Shown here piece by piece: positions 24,648 through 39,823 of a stretch of DNA of 64,000 bases. The DNA is from Chrysomallon squamiferum (taxonomy: Eukaryota; Animalia; Mollusca): NCBI GenBank assembly GCA_012295275.1, contig CM022665.1:3844001-3908000 (forward strand), written 5' to 3'. The notes beneath the pieces are model-generated. The model had not been told where the DNA came from and did not search any database. It worked only from the letters and a program-made list of their open reading frames with translations. Positions within the stretch are counted from its first letter, which is position 1. Each line of letters begins with the position of its first letter. A program made the translations under genes and the position numbers.

Positions 24648-26006
24648 AGCTTTCATGTGAAGTTGGACTTCTGATCTGAAACAAAAAAACAAAACAAAAA
24701 AAAAAAAACAAAAAAAAACAAAAAAAGCGTTCCGTCACGGAAACACCCGATTAATATGTCAGGTCTCGTAACGCATTTTGTTTCTGCTCAATCTCTATTC
24801 AAAAAAATCGTGTCAGTCAATTGAGTGCCTGATTGAAATATCTGGTGCGTCAAAGTGCATTTCCTGATTCCGTACGCTATCTGTAAAAATGGTTTTGATT
24901 AAAGATTAGTTGTAACATAATAGTATTGATTTATTTTATGATTTTTTTTTTTTTTATTTTTACGTTTAACTAATATGGCTATCTGTGCTCGCTGTATTGT
25001 TTTGTTGCAGTGTCAGGGCATAAAAAAAAAAAAAAAAAAAGTAGAAAAGTATTTTCACGATTTGCATTTGTTAACAAAACATAGAACTGACATTAAAGTT
25101 TTAGCATAAGCCTGGACGGTAATACATTATACATGAAAGAATGATATAAATCTTGTAAATGAGGTTTCCATTTTTCGATCTGTAGATATGACATTTGGAA
25201 TGGTTGCTATATCAAAAATAAACATCAGAAAAATATTAATTTGGTGAGAACAGTATTAAATAAAAAGTACACGCATCCCCCACAGACATAAATACATACA
25301 ATGCAGAATATTCATTCTTAAGTACATAAACATATACACACCTATCTACCTATCTTCCTGTTTCTAGCTACCTACCTACATACGTACGTACATACATATA
25401 CACGTACATAAACATACATACATACAAATACAAATACACACATATATAAGTATATACATAGAAAAATACACACCTATGCATACATACATACATACGTACA
25501 AATACTGACTAAATATACACATACTATTATGCCTAAATTGACACATACTTAGATATATTATATACTCACAAAATATTATCTGTGATTTTCCAGTGCATCT
25601 ATTTCTACTGTCTCAGTTTTATTCTTAACAAAAACCACTTCGCAATATGATGCCCCATTGTTTCAAACACACATACACATATGTGCTGTGTGTGAAACAA
25701 ACGAAAACCACATTGCTACAAAACATCACATCTCGGCTGTTTGTTTTTCCTGCAGTGAGGGCGTGCATGAGAAATAGGAAACTTCGAATCTAAACAATGC
25801 AAAACTTCGTGTTTCTCTTTGCCTGCCACACGCAAGTCTTTACAAACGAATATCACACAAGAAAAAACAAAACAAAAACAAAAACCGAAAGCCACGCAAA
25901 TCTGCGAGTAATGTTATCTAATATCACGCGTGTCTGTCTGTCTGTCTTATGAATGAACTTGAAACAAACTATTTGCTGGGTAAGAAAATATGCCAGAAAA
26001 ACAGAA

Positions 26007-26041
<35 letters not shown>

Positions 26042-26168
26042 AAAAAAAAAAAGAGGAAATAAATAAATAAATAAATATACAGATATATTAATGAAAGAGT
26101 TGTTAAAAGAAAAATAAATGAAAATAAAAGAAACAATAACAATAACAATAACAGTAATAACAGTTATG

Positions 26169-26216
<48 letters not shown>

Positions 26217-26638
26217 GTGATAGTAGTCATTGTAAAACTGATGATAATGATGATGATGATGATGATGGTAACAATTAATTAATACCTCTGTATGGGCATA
26301 ATTATCATCTAATTATAAATCCATCTGATAAACAAAGGGGAGGGTGATAAGCAAATAAATAAATCGTTAGCTGTGTACCCGCACGTGAACTACACTTACA
26401 CACACTAACAAAGTATGGCGGAAAACAAAACCTATTACAACTGTTAACATCAGTACAGAACAATCAAGTGATATTTTCTAGTGTTGTCCGGCGGCCGTTG
26501 GTGGCATGTCATATTAACCTGGATATCCGGCAGAATACTCTTTTCTCATTTGTCTGCTGGGAAATTAAACCTTCCTTTCTGCTAATATCGGAATAACAAA
26601 TCGAATTCATTCTCTTATTGTATCAAAACTGGCCACAT

Positions 26639-26688
<50 letters not shown>

Positions 26689-26780
26689 GGTTACCCAGCA
26701 ACTTTGACGCCGATCTCTCACTCTCGCAGACAATCTGTTTGGATAAAAACAGCTTTTTTTTTTTTTTTGGTCGTTTTCCC

Positions 26781-27007
26781 CCTTTGTTTAGGGACCGAAA
26801 GTGTATAAATTAGAAATATAGAGCAGTTGTTTTAAGCAAGAAACTCGGCTTATGCGCTGCGATATCTGAAGATAAGGAAGTAACGGCGGAATGCGACCTC
26901 GTTCGATCTCTTGCTTCGTCGCGTTTCCAGCCAAGCGAGGATTTACGATTACGAATCGGCGGTTTTAGTATGTCAGCGTTCCTTCTCACGTGCAGTCGCG
27001 TGTAAGT
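26781..27007 (+). promoter_or_regulatory. Candidate TATA promoter plus CpG-rich non-coding first exon
   Basis: TATAAAT at 26804, CpG-rich ~170 nt downstream, GTAAGT donor at 27002. Confidence 0.3.
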
Positions 27008-27254
27008 TCTGTGGACTATACTCTATCGGGATACGGAGCATGCGTCGAGGAGGGGCGAAGATTGGTAAACAAAAGGCAGGAACGGTGCTTGCTATTCAAG
27101 CCTTACTCAAAGAACTGTGCAAGCTTCAACGGTAGGCACATTTGTATTTACCACAAAAAAACAAAAAAAAAAAAAAAACACTCTGTCGCCAACAAATTCA
27201 TTCATACTGTCAAATGATTGTGTTGTGTAACATCTGTATGGTTCGTTGACTTTC

Positions 27255-27349
<95 letters not shown>

Positions 27350-28509
27350 CACTCTCACATCCACACACACACTTATTTCTTTGTATCATTGTTATATTCT
27401 ATTGTAATTCCACATACTTTTTTCCGTCTATTGTTATTTACGTTGTCTTTATTTTTATCTCGTCATTCAACTCAGTGATTCGCATGAAACATTTATTTAC
27501 TAACTTCCTTAAATAATTAATTAATTAATTAATTAATACATTTGCCGATTTTTATTTTAACGAAGAGACATTATGCATTAAATTTCAGAAAAACTGTCTT
27601 AGACGTAAATACCTGTCAATAAATATCACAACGAATCTCTTGACAGTTAAACCCCAGAGAAACACCAGAGGGTGGTTTTGGGGTGTGTTTTTTTTTGTTT
27701 CTTGTAGTTGTTATTTGTTGGGGTTTTTTGTTGTTGTTGTTGTTGCTTTGTTTGTATTTTTGAAAGAAAAAAAAATATATTGTTTTGTTATACTTGTTAC
27801 TGTCTTTGCCCTGTTGGAAGAACTTCATGTAACGGATTATGTAGGAATGATGCAAGGGCCGTAATTCAAGATGTCTCTGCTGACTTCTCTGCTGCATTAT
27901 CGCTGTGTTGTTACGCTGGTATTGTTCTAACCACACGTATTGTGATGTAACGTGATTTAATAAGTGTTAGATACCAGTGGATTTGTTACGAAAACCTTTT
28001 ACTGTCTTATTCACAGAAAGTGTTTACTACTTCACGAATTTTCTTAGCAGTTTTTAATTTACTTAAAGAGGATAAATTCTTTTTTGGTTTATTTATTTAA
28101 AGAAGATAAATAATATTAATTAATATAATTATTTATTCATTAATTTGTTATTTACATTTATTAAGAAGAACAATCAATTTTGTATTTTTTCATCCATCCA
28201 TTTATTTTTCATTCATTCATTATTTATTTATACAAAAATTTAAGTTCTACGGATTTTTTTTTAGAATTTTTTTGTTTTTAAATTATTCATAAATGCTTTC
28301 TTATATCTTTTTTTTCTCGTCATTGATATTTTTCTTTATCTCTTTAAATTTCATTTCACGCGTGGTTCCTTGAGTTACATGCTTTTACCACTGTGTAACA
28401 TTAGAACCGATATCCCATGGTTTAGTACAGCACTGTCGCTTACAATACACATATTCTTGTGGGTAAAATTAGCTGCGCAGTAGTTTTTCGTTTTCAGAAC
28501 AAGTTGTTT

Positions 28510-28670
28510 CAGTCTGTGAGTGGTTAAAACGTACGATGCCGTAAGATCAAACCCTTTTCAGAGCACCCATTTGGTTAATTCCTGTTCCAACACGCATCTC
28601 CGACTTACTATCAAAGTTATTTGTCAAATACAGTGGAAAGTGTTGTCCTGTTCATGCAAATAAAAGATGA
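28510..28670 (+). mobile_element. Degenerate SINE-like relic
   Basis: Shares a gatcaa…(c)gttcca(g)c…cga…tatcaaag core with 9385-9450, 7146-7168 and, reverse-complemented, 29540-29665. Confidence 0.4.
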
Positions 28671-29416
28671 GTGGACCATGGTATGGACATAGGTTTTTCT
28701 TCTATTCGTCATTAAATAATATATATATATATAAATATTATAAATTACATATATATATATATATATATATATATTAATAAATATACATATATACAGCAAT
28801 TATCAACTTTTTAAAGGAGGCAATTATCAACGTTTTAAAGGAGGCAATCATAAAATTTGTATATTTCATTTATTATCCATTAATTTGATAAGATAATTTC
28901 AGCACAAACAGTCATTATATCCGTTACGATAATTTTCGTTTATTACGTTGTCGTAAATTCAGCACGAAATAGTCATACATCTTTGTTACGATAAATTGCC
29001 TTGTCGTTGTCGATAGAAACATATAAATAATATTCCGGCTAAAATATAATATACATGTACAAAATATATCTGGCATATAACGCAGTGAAACCATAACAAT
29101 AAGAACAGCATCAGGGACAACAGTATCCATATCATATGTCTAAAACAGCATTACGACAACATGTTAGGGTCGCTTTGAAGCTGTTGATGTACATCTTTAT
29201 CAAGGTTACGCCACGATTAAGAACGTGATAGGTAACTCTATACGATCTTTCGTAACGTAATGACTTCACGATTTCAGTGAATGTACATATTCCGCTGTCA
29301 CATTAAATAACATAGGTTAATTATATAAGATAATAGAAAAATACTGTTTCAAAACAAGCGAAAAAAGCAAATAAGAGAAAAAAAAAAAGGCTTAGGGAAC
29401 ATTTATTATTATTATT

Positions 29417-29449
<33 letters not shown>

Positions 29450-29539
29450 ATTATTATTATTTTGTATAACGATATGAGAGAGATAGTTTTCTATCGTCTG
29501 CCAGTTTGTTATTATTATTCATTAACAACTTTACTGAAG

Positions 29540-29665
29540 GCGTCTTCCCGTGGGCAAACACACAACTGCGGGGCAATGTCTGGAACGGTAAATAACCCAT
29601 GAAGATTGATCACGGGACCCATAACGCCCCAGGCCAGCTTTCTAACTACAGAACTACATTTCTTT
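29540..29665 (-). mobile_element. Degenerate tRNA-derived SINE 5' relic
   Basis: The reverse strand reads gtagttctgtagttagaaagctggcctg…gatcaatc…gggttatttaccgttccagaca: A/B-box-like spacing followed by the shared core. Confidence 0.4.
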
Positions 29666-30757
29666 TCTCTCGGGCTCTTTACAATCGTAAGTCAGATTCT
29701 GTCATGTTACGGTATTGCTGTATGTCACCGACCGGGTTATGGTGACATGTAAGTCACTGTCCATATCATACTAACGTGCGACATTCCAGATAATACAGAT
29801 ATATTCTCTAGACATATGACTTTATAAACAAGAAAACTCAAGAAACTATCTCAAGTTATTTACGCGTATTTTTAAAAAAAATTTTTTCTCATTTATTCAT
29901 TTATACATTGTATATTCATTTTTTTTTTTTTTTTTTTTTTAAAGACCAGTTTTTATATAGGGTATCTATTTCAGAGGTGTATTCAGTACACAAAACCGTA
30001 ATCACCCAGCCGTAACATTCACCGTATCATTCACCTTCAGCTAAGTTAAAAATACTTCTAACTCTTATAACAGACTGTTTAGCAATGCTTTGTTTCATTT
30101 TCGTTACCCTTTGTTTATAAAGAAACACATTCGTAAATACAAAGTCGACAAACCAACAAACAGATGGACAGAAAAAAAAAAAAAAAAAAAAAAACAGACG
30201 TGTATTGTCACACGAAGGTGTTTTTCTTTTCATTTTACTCGATTTCTTCTTATCATATATTTTTTTGGAAATTTAAGAGTAACAATAATTCAAGGTCTAG
30301 CTTTAATTTATTTATAACGCATGGCTGGTTGTGATTTTTTTAAAGAAGATTTGCACTCCACCCATTTGCTAAGTGCGTGTAATGTGATTATAAAATATGA
30401 TTATAAAAACTGCCTCGATTCTTTGAACCTCTCAACGTTTAATGTGCCGCCGCCTTAGCCTTTATTTCAATTATTATGTATGTTTTAGGAAAACGTGAGA
30501 GGGAAAGATGGTAATGAGATGGCTTCGTTTTTTTTTTAGGACAAAAGTGTATATAAAATTATTCCGATGGCGTTTAGGATAAAGAAAGATGCGTATCTTG
30601 GGGCTTCGTCACAGACATTAACCACAAAATATTTGATAGACATCAGTCAGTGTACAGGAGAAAATTTAAAGCTGAACCGCTGTTAAATATTATATGGTTA
30701 TATTATAGGTTAAATGAAGTATGTTTAAGTGTGAGAGTGTTGGTGTTTCTGGGTGAA

Positions 30758-30796
<39 letters not shown>

Positions 30797-30833
30797 ATTT
30801 GTCTCTCTGTGAGTATGACGGTGTAGATCTGTC

Positions 30834-30930
<97 letters not shown>

Positions 30931-31537
30931 GTGTTATTCTTTTTAGGACTTGTTCCACTGGCATTCATCGTTCATAAAATATTTAAAATATCGCCGAGTA
31001 CTATTGCTTGTTGTCTGGTTATTTCGCCTTTGAATCCACTGCGGTATAATTCTAGACTGTCCAGTTTTCCTAACTAGCGGAACGTGCATCTGAAGAATTC
31101 GTTGTCACTAATCGGAAAGAGGAGTCCAAAAATAAACACGACACATCAGCATCTGTTACTATTATTTATATTACTGTGGGTTCTTGGGTAACTTAAAATC
31201 TTATTTAATATCAGAGAGGTAACACTGTCAAGATAATAGCAGTAATGTGAAGAGAGAGCCCATTGCTGGCACACACACAGATTATTTTCATCAGTTAGCA
31301 AAAAGTGGTCTTTTGTAAGAACCTTCTCATAGACCGGAAAATATACAATCCGTTGGACACAGAATGGAAGGGAAAAAAGTCCACTATTAGTAATAAACTG
31401 GAATGATCCTTTGACCTTCATTACTTTGAGGTCAATTCTGTAATCACTTCTCGTTCATCCCACTTGTGAAAATGCTTTTGACATTAATGGTCTGTGTAGC
31501 TGATTTTAAAATAACTGGCATTACAAAAGCTATGTTT

Positions 31538-31648
<111 letters not shown>

Positions 31649-32718
31649 TAAAATTAATCAGGCAGCATCGATTTTATTAGTTTGCTTTAAAAGGTCGGTC
31701 AGAGTAACGCAGGGAGATAAACACACAGCTACACTGAACTGAACTTCAAAATAAATAATCATGGTCAAATACAAAGTGAGCGACATTCAGATCGACAAGA
31801 CATACATCCAGAGCCACATCCACACACACACAATACAAGAAAAGAAAACAGATATAAATCTAGTTTTTGAAGAAAATGAACTGCCGCAGATCCCAGAGTC
31901 TACGGCTCAGTTACTTCTCGAAGATCAGAGAAAAATCTGAGCAGAATGAAAAACGAGCAATTTACATGTTATTTGTAAAGTTCACATCAAGCAGATGTAA
32001 TCACATACTGATTTTGCATCAAATACACATTACAACAAGCCTGGTGGTGTTTTTTTTTTTTTTTTTCTTTTTTTTTTTTTTTTTAAATGTTAGGTTCAAA
32101 TAAACGAATGTAAAAGCAGAATATGATGCTGTAAACCATGATAATAGCGAAAATTAATGTTCTACCGTCTCCGGCAAAATAGTCTAGCGGCAACATAATT
32201 TCATTCAGCGACCCAGAACTTCCTTGTTTCTTTTTAGATTTTCTTTTCTTTCCTTTGCTTTTCTTCTTTTTTTATTCTTACCTATTTTTCATATTTTTAT
32301 CTTGACACAATGTCGGTAATAATTTTATGACCATCCGTGTATATTCAGTGGATGATACTGAATATGATACATAAAATATAAAGGCAGTTTTCAAACTCTA
32401 GCAGTGTATACTGTTTGTATGAGGGGAGTGTGTTATTTGTATCTTGTTACATTTTTCATCGTATCCGATAATAAAGCCAAAGCTGTTATTTCTGCTATCG
32501 TTTTTTCCCTAGGGATAGGTCAAAACGTAAACTAGCAGAAAATGTGAATATGTGAATGAATATTTATTTTACAGTAATTCTGCACAGTTATGTTGGTATG
32601 TAAGAGAAAAAAAAAGACAAAAAAAAAAAAAGACAGGAGAAAGGATTGTCTATGACGCTATTCCAAGATCTTTTATTATGCAGTGCCACCCAGTAGAACA
32701 GAGCTTGATCATTCTCCA

Positions 32719-32800
<82 letters not shown>

Positions 32801-32836
32801 ATCTGTCCTCTCCCTCTCTCTTTCTTTCTAATTGTC

Positions 32837-32883
<47 letters not shown>

Positions 32884-33494
32884 ATCTGTCCTCTCCCTCT
32901 CTCTTTCTTTCTAATTGTCTCTGTCTGTCTTTAACTGTCTCTCTCTTTCTATCTATTGCTCTCCTCTCCCGCTCTCTTTCCCACTGTGCGTGTCTCTGTC
33001 TGTCTGTCTGTCTTTGTCTCTCGCTCTCTCTCTTCTTCATTTCCTTCTTTCTTAGCAGTTCATTTGCCACTTCCTCAGCTGATAATTAAAACATTAACCA
33101 TGCCCACATTCGACATGCACATACTTTGTTTAATGTAGAGACGTGAAACACACAAAAGAAAAACGATTCTTTTAACGATTTTCTTGCGGTACCATGTTTT
33201 ATTATCTAAATACATTCTTCTTTTCTGCCATCATTTTCTTGCTGTGTAGTTTAATGCTAAAAACCGTTGTGTTTTTTTTTTTGGCGCCGTTTAAACAAGT
33301 AGTTAGTTCATTGATACATCGCGTGACGTAAAACTATGCTATTTATGCCTAATTTTAGGAGGTTTACGGTACAGGCGCGCAGGGACCGTGTCGCAGTCAT
33401 GTTAACTAATAGGCAATCCCACTGCTATTCACGTATTTACACCGTGTGAACTCAAAATATCAGTCTGAGCAGTTAACCCGAATAAAAAAAAAAA

Positions 33495-33543
<49 letters not shown>

Positions 33544-33565
33544 TTAATAATAAATTTAATAATAA

Positions 33566-33600
<35 letters not shown>

Positions 33601-33892
33601 ATTAAAACAAAATTTTAAAAAATGTCTCGTCTACTACTTCTCGTATTTTTCTAGCATTAAACCCGATTCCAAGTCTATAGAAAACAGCAAACAAAACACA
33701 CATCATAATTATTGTCACACAAAACGTCTGGTATTTGTTTTCATTCTACAAATGTTAATAGCTGTTTTATTGATAGTTAGCTGGTTATCAAATAACATAA
33801 GCTGTTTTCGTGTTCGTCCTTAAATATAATTCTTATATGAATAATATTTTTAATAAACAATTCAATGATAATTACAGAATCGGAGGTTTGAC

Positions 33893-33936
<44 letters not shown>

Positions 33937-34285
33937 ATAATAATAGTCTTAACGCCATTTCAAATATTTACTAAATGTGGAATAAACAAACATCTGTGAA
34001 TTGCATTTGAAAGAAAATGGGAATCTGAAGCTATTTTCTTTGTGAGTCACAGGAGGAAAGCCACTTAATATTATAGAAAAGCAATTTTTGTGACAAACCT
34101 CCCACTGCCTCTATGAGCGTTGTTTACAGTCCCTGATGCTTTTCCTGTCCATATCCAGCGCTGTTATTATTATTATAATTGTTATTGTGATTATTATCGT
34201 TTTCACCATTTATCATTATTATTATTATTATTATGTTTGTTATTATTGTTGTTGTTGTTGCTACTATTATTATTACTACTACCTA

Positions 34286-34332
<47 letters not shown>

Positions 34333-34404
34333 TTCTGTTTTGTACAGCAAGATAAAACAGTAAATAAAAAACAAATCATCACATCATAATTTTTTCTTCT
34401 TCTT

Positions 34405-34468
<64 letters not shown>

Positions 34469-35061
34469 CTTTTACTATTACTTTGACTATTACTATTTTT
34501 ATTTTTATTATTATTATTATTACTACTATTTATATTATTATTATTACTGTTGTTGTCGTTGTTGTTGCTGTTGTTATTATTATTATCAAGACTCACTGAC
34601 ACAGCTTATTATTTTATCCAGGGATCGCTGTCTGAGTCAAAGATGTAACTTTGACGATAAACGAATTTCGTAAATAAAGCAGATACAACGAACTTTCCCT
34701 TGTGACCTGCATGTAATTTCTTTGTTCGCGAATGTTTATACAAATTTATGAAAGTGCCAGTAAATACATTTAACATCCGAACATAAAATCATTTGTAATT
34801 TTTTCTACCAGAGGAACCATATTTTCAATACAAAATAACTCATGCTTATACAAAAAAAAAAAAAAAAAAAAGTGATATTATGTGCAAGCTGTGTTAATAT
34901 ATAAAACCGTAGTAACTCGATGAATTTAACAAATATACTTTATTGATTTTACACTTCTATAATAATAAAATATAAAATTTTCTGTGTTATGCGTTTTTTC
35001 GGAAACTGCAGATTTGTGTGTTCTTCCCAGACAGCTTGGAAAGCAATTTCATCTGCGAATG

Positions 35062-35099
<38 letters not shown>

Positions 35100-35221
35100 A
35101 GTGTAAATATTTTATTAATAAATGTGTTATAATATTAGAGCGAAGTTTGGGTTAGGCTTTGACTACAGGCTAGTTTGTGTTTTTCTCTATGTTTCTCTAT
35201 CTGTTTACCTATAGGCCTATA

Positions 35222-35299
<78 letters not shown>

Positions 35300-35512
35300 C
35301 GTGTGTGTGACTTTCTTTTACTGTCTTTCTCTTTAATCACTGTTGCAAGTAACATTTAGTTGAAGTTTTTCGATTCCTATTATTATTGTTGTTGTTGTTG
35401 TTATTATTATTATTATTATTATTATTTTTTTTTTTTATCTTTCTATTCACTTTTTTTTCTGTCTTTCTGTCTATCTATCGCTGTTTCTCCATCTTATAAT
35501 TACAGAGATTCC

Positions 35513-35545
<33 letters not shown>

Positions 35546-36294
35546 TCCGAGGGAATTTTTCTCAAAACTCTCCTCCACACGTGAAAGAACCCGGTGTAAA
35601 AGATATCTGATCTAAAAGCATAACTCGTGCGTTTTCAGTATTCACACTTTTAAAAAAAAATAATAAACGCTCGTGAAACAAACAAATTCTGTTACACCTT
35701 GCTTGCTCGCACTTCCAAGAACGTTCCAGAGGAAAAACGCTCACGGAATGCTTAAAACATCAGCCGAAATGCCTTTTGAGCATCTTCAACAACAAAAGCA
35801 TCGTGTTTCCCTCCAGTTCATTGTCTACGAAGGAAACATTAACCCCGCGTTCCTGGAAATACAGACCAGGAGAATTCGACTCGCCACAGGCCATCGTAAA
35901 TGTTGCGGCTTTGCCACCAAACCGAAGAACGATGACGCAGACATTGTTTTGCCCTAGCACGTGCTGTGTATTACGCACATCGACAATGACGACAACAAAC
36001 GGTAATCGTATATAAACGGGTATAATTAGAATTTGGACAATAACAATCTGTAAGTGTTTAAATTACCTAGGGAAATAAAATGTATCGTAACGGATTTTGT
36101 CACACCGCATGGGATGTGGTATTATGTGATCCTTGTTTTCGATGATCCGCTAATAAATAAATACTTTATTTGTTTGAAACCTGTATATTAAGAATTTTTC
36201 CATGGTTTGGGGTTTTTTTGTAATATAGTGCAGCCTTTCTCAGTGCAGTATAAAAAAAAAAAAAAAAAAAAAAAAATACTCTTCATATATTTAT

Positions 36295-36960
36295 AATCTA
36301 CATTATATCCTGTTTTTGTAGACATGTTGCAATATGTAGTTTACCCTTAATCCTTTTCTAAATCCTAACACTTTGTTATTCACATTATATCCTTCTTTTT
36401 TTATGGAAATGTTGAATCTTAATCCTATATTTGAATTTTATCATAACCATTTGCATTTATATACTCATGATGAATCTTAATCATAATAATTTTCAGGCTA
36501 AATCCAATTCCTTGTTATACTCATTATATCCTAATTCTATATCACATTAATCCTATTTCGTTTCATATTCATTATATCGTAATCCTTTATGTCATTAATC
36601 CTATTGTCTTATATATGTATTATTTCCTACTCCTTTATTTCTGACCTTTAATACTTTTCATTTTTACATTCATTATATCCTAATCCTAATTATCACGTTG
36701 GGTCTGTTCCTTTCAATATAGACATTTATTATATACAATCCCTTTGTGACGCTTAATCCTGTTACTTTTATAATGCACATTTCAGTTATATTCTAAACAT
36801 TTTATAGACCTCATATCCTAGGTTTTTGTATTCAGCTCCGTTCGTTTTAAGTGCTTTTTGTCCATCAACAATTTATATTTATTTCTGTTCCTTTTTTATA
36901 GCGTTATATACTAATTCTTTGTCACATTTAATCTCATTCTTTTTATATTCTAAACATTTT
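36295..36960 (+). repeat. Decayed minisatellite built on cattatatcc / ttaatcct units
   Basis: Recurrent cattatatcc(taatcc) and ttaatcct, spaced tens of bp apart. Confidence 0.6.
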
Positions 36961-37654
36961 ATGTGTTAAATCTTTGTGTTTATTCACAGCCATTTTAAAT
37001 GCATTTAGCTCACCGATAGCTTGGAACTAAAAAGGTTAAGTGTTTTATTAAATATTTTACGTCAAAGAGGAACACAATTAAAATGAAATAAACCAATTTA
37101 AGATCTTAATAAAATAAAATAAAATAAAAAATGGGTTTGTGCCTGAGCTGTTAATGAAATTATAGTTTTAACGGGGTTTTTTTTATTTGTTTTTAATTTT
37201 TTTTTTTTTTCTTTCTTTTTTTAAAGTATTTTTCACCATTCAAAACAGAGCACTGAGTGGCGTAGAACAATTAAAATTTGATTATGTTAGTGAAAAGACT
37301 TCAGTGAAAAATGACTGACATTGATTTCAGTCGTAATAAATCTGTCACAGTTTCTGTAAGAAATGACTTTTTTTTTTGTTCCATCTTTATTTTTTAAATT
37401 GTATTTTAAATTGTATTTTAAATTGTATTTTCTTATTGTATGCTTAATGCGGTCCCTTAATAGAGTATCTTATCTCATAAAGAAAAAGAAAAAAAAAGAT
37501 AATAAAATAAAATAATAATAATAATAATAATAAATACACATTTAGAAAATGGAAATTCATGCTTTCTCCCCTTTAAAACTTTTTACGAAAATAATAAAAA
37601 ATAAAATAAATAAATAAAAATAATAATAATAATAATAATAATAATTTAATCAGA

Positions 37655-37880
37655 CTCCCTGACCAGTTGTGGTTAAGCAGCGAGCGTAAAGTCTCTTACG
37701 AACTCGGATCGCTTCCTCGGATCCGCCGCTTTCAATCAGATCTGAAGCGGGGAAATAAATCCACTGCACCATCATCTTGTCTTTATTTAAACTAACTGAC
37801 TAACTCACTAACTGTAATACAGTCATGGGCAGATAACTCAGTTTTGTGAATTGTGAACCCAAGACAGGCATACCGAACGC
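37655..37880 (+). mobile_element. Degenerate SINE-like element of a second family
   Basis: tRNA-like head (gtggttaagc…ggatcgcttcctcgg) followed by ctaact repeats; GC-rich island in an AT-rich flank. Confidence 0.3.
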
Positions 37881-38124
37881 TTTAAGCGATGTTGAAAGTT
37901 CCACACGGTTCATTAACTTATTGAATTATTTCAGGCCAAGCTCTAAAAGCATTATCTCCAGGTCTGTGTTCGAGATAATAGTTTTGCTGTTAATTTTTAC
38001 AGACATTGACAGATAATGACGAATAACTGTAGAGACAGACAAACGGCGAATTAACAACGGATAATGTGAAACAACAAATAAGAGTAAAAATGGAGATGAT
38101 AAAATATATCATCTCCGTTTGACG

Positions 38125-38125
38125 G

Positions 38126-38158
<33 letters not shown>

Positions 38159-38185
38159 GTTGTTGTTGTTGTTGTTGTTGTTGTT

Positions 38186-38216
<31 letters not shown>

Positions 38217-38285
38217 TTATTATTATTATTATATATTACTATTATTATTATTATATATTATTATTACTATTATTATTATTATTAT

Positions 38286-38320
<35 letters not shown>

Positions 38321-38420
38321 ATAGTAGCAGTAGTAGCAGTAATATTAGTAATAATAGTAGTAGTAGTAGTAGTAGTAGTAGTAGCAGTAGTAGTAGTAGC
38401 AGTAGTAGTTGCAGCAGCAG
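38125..38420. repeat. Compound trinucleotide array (TAT)(TGT)(TCT)(TAG)n
   Basis: Direct reading. Confidence 0.95.
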
Positions 38421-38983
38421 CGGTGTGGATCTTAAAAGTAACAAGAAGAGTTTTCTTAATCTGTATGTTCTATGATATCTGTTTATTAGATGATTTAAAC
38501 GATCCGAAAATCAGACAGATACAGAAATACAGACAGCTGTATATGTACGAGTGCGTGCGTTCGTGCGTGCGTGCGTGCATGTATTTGTGTCTGTTTTAAC
38601 AATGAATTAGATTATCAGAACCACTGGCAATAAATCTTAAAGAATCGCTACAAATAAACATAAAGAGAGACAAAAAGAAACTTCGCGATGGTCAACATTA
38701 ATACCACGTAATCGTTTAAAATCGTGCTTTTTAGACGTGATCCGAGAGGATCGTTACAAATACGTCTGTGGCTCGGATGAGTTCTGTCTCCATGGAAACA
38801 AGTTTAATATGCATTAATGAATTATAGATAACCGAAATGAGATTAATATCCGCTGACAGGTGCTGCTTGTACAGCACTGGGTTATCCTGACCACTTATAC
38901 TATTTTATCTTAACGAGATATTTTCAGTAATACTCGTTAGTTATTGAGCAGATAAAACGATAGATAGGTAGACAGACAGACAG

Positions 38984-39092
<109 letters not shown>

Positions 39093-39791
39093 AACAATGC
39101 GATAATGAGAGAGAAAGAAAGAGAGAGATTTATATACTTTACTTTAAACTCTGGTTTTTGTCAAATCATTTTTATAAATTATTAAGGAAATTGCAGTAAC
39201 AGAGACAGTACCGCGGTTGTAAAATAAAACAATATCTCAAGTTGGAATACTCAGTTTTTAAAAAACGTTTGAAAAAAAAATGTGCCAGTCCACCTTTCCG
39301 ACTTGTATAATTAATTATATATTTCCCAGCCACTGTAAAGACACTATTTTAAAAATGTCTTTAAAAAAACAACAACCAAAAAACCCATTAATGATAAAAA
39401 AAGAAGAAAAAATGGTGACTGACAAATGTTTTTCTCATCATATTTTTTAAAAATAAAGAACGTCTGAAATGATTACATTCTGACAAATTTGGAGAGTTAT
39501 CTCGTTGTTTCGAAGGTAACAAGACAGATCTGTTTCAAACATTCGTGCTCTTTTTTTCTGTTTTTAAAACATTCAAACTGTTTTCCTTTGCTGTTCTCAG
39601 AGATTAATTGTTAGAATTCAGATTTTGACATTTGTCAGAGAAAGTTATCTCTTCGCTTGATAACTAAAAAAAAAAAAAAAAAAAAATTCAAAAATATCCA
39701 TTTATAAACATTTTTTCAGACGCGTTCCTTGACGTCAAATTATGGTTCAAAAGGCTAAAAAGATTTCTTTGGTGTTTTTTTTCTTTTCGTT

Positions 39792-39823
<32 letters not shown>

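Noticed and set aside
29722-29748. 8-bp hairpin atgtcacc…ggtgacat
   Set aside because: Too short to be significant, with no Helitron or terminator context.
37655-37735. Possible tRNA gene
   Set aside because: No complete cloverleaf can be drawn; at best a SINE head.
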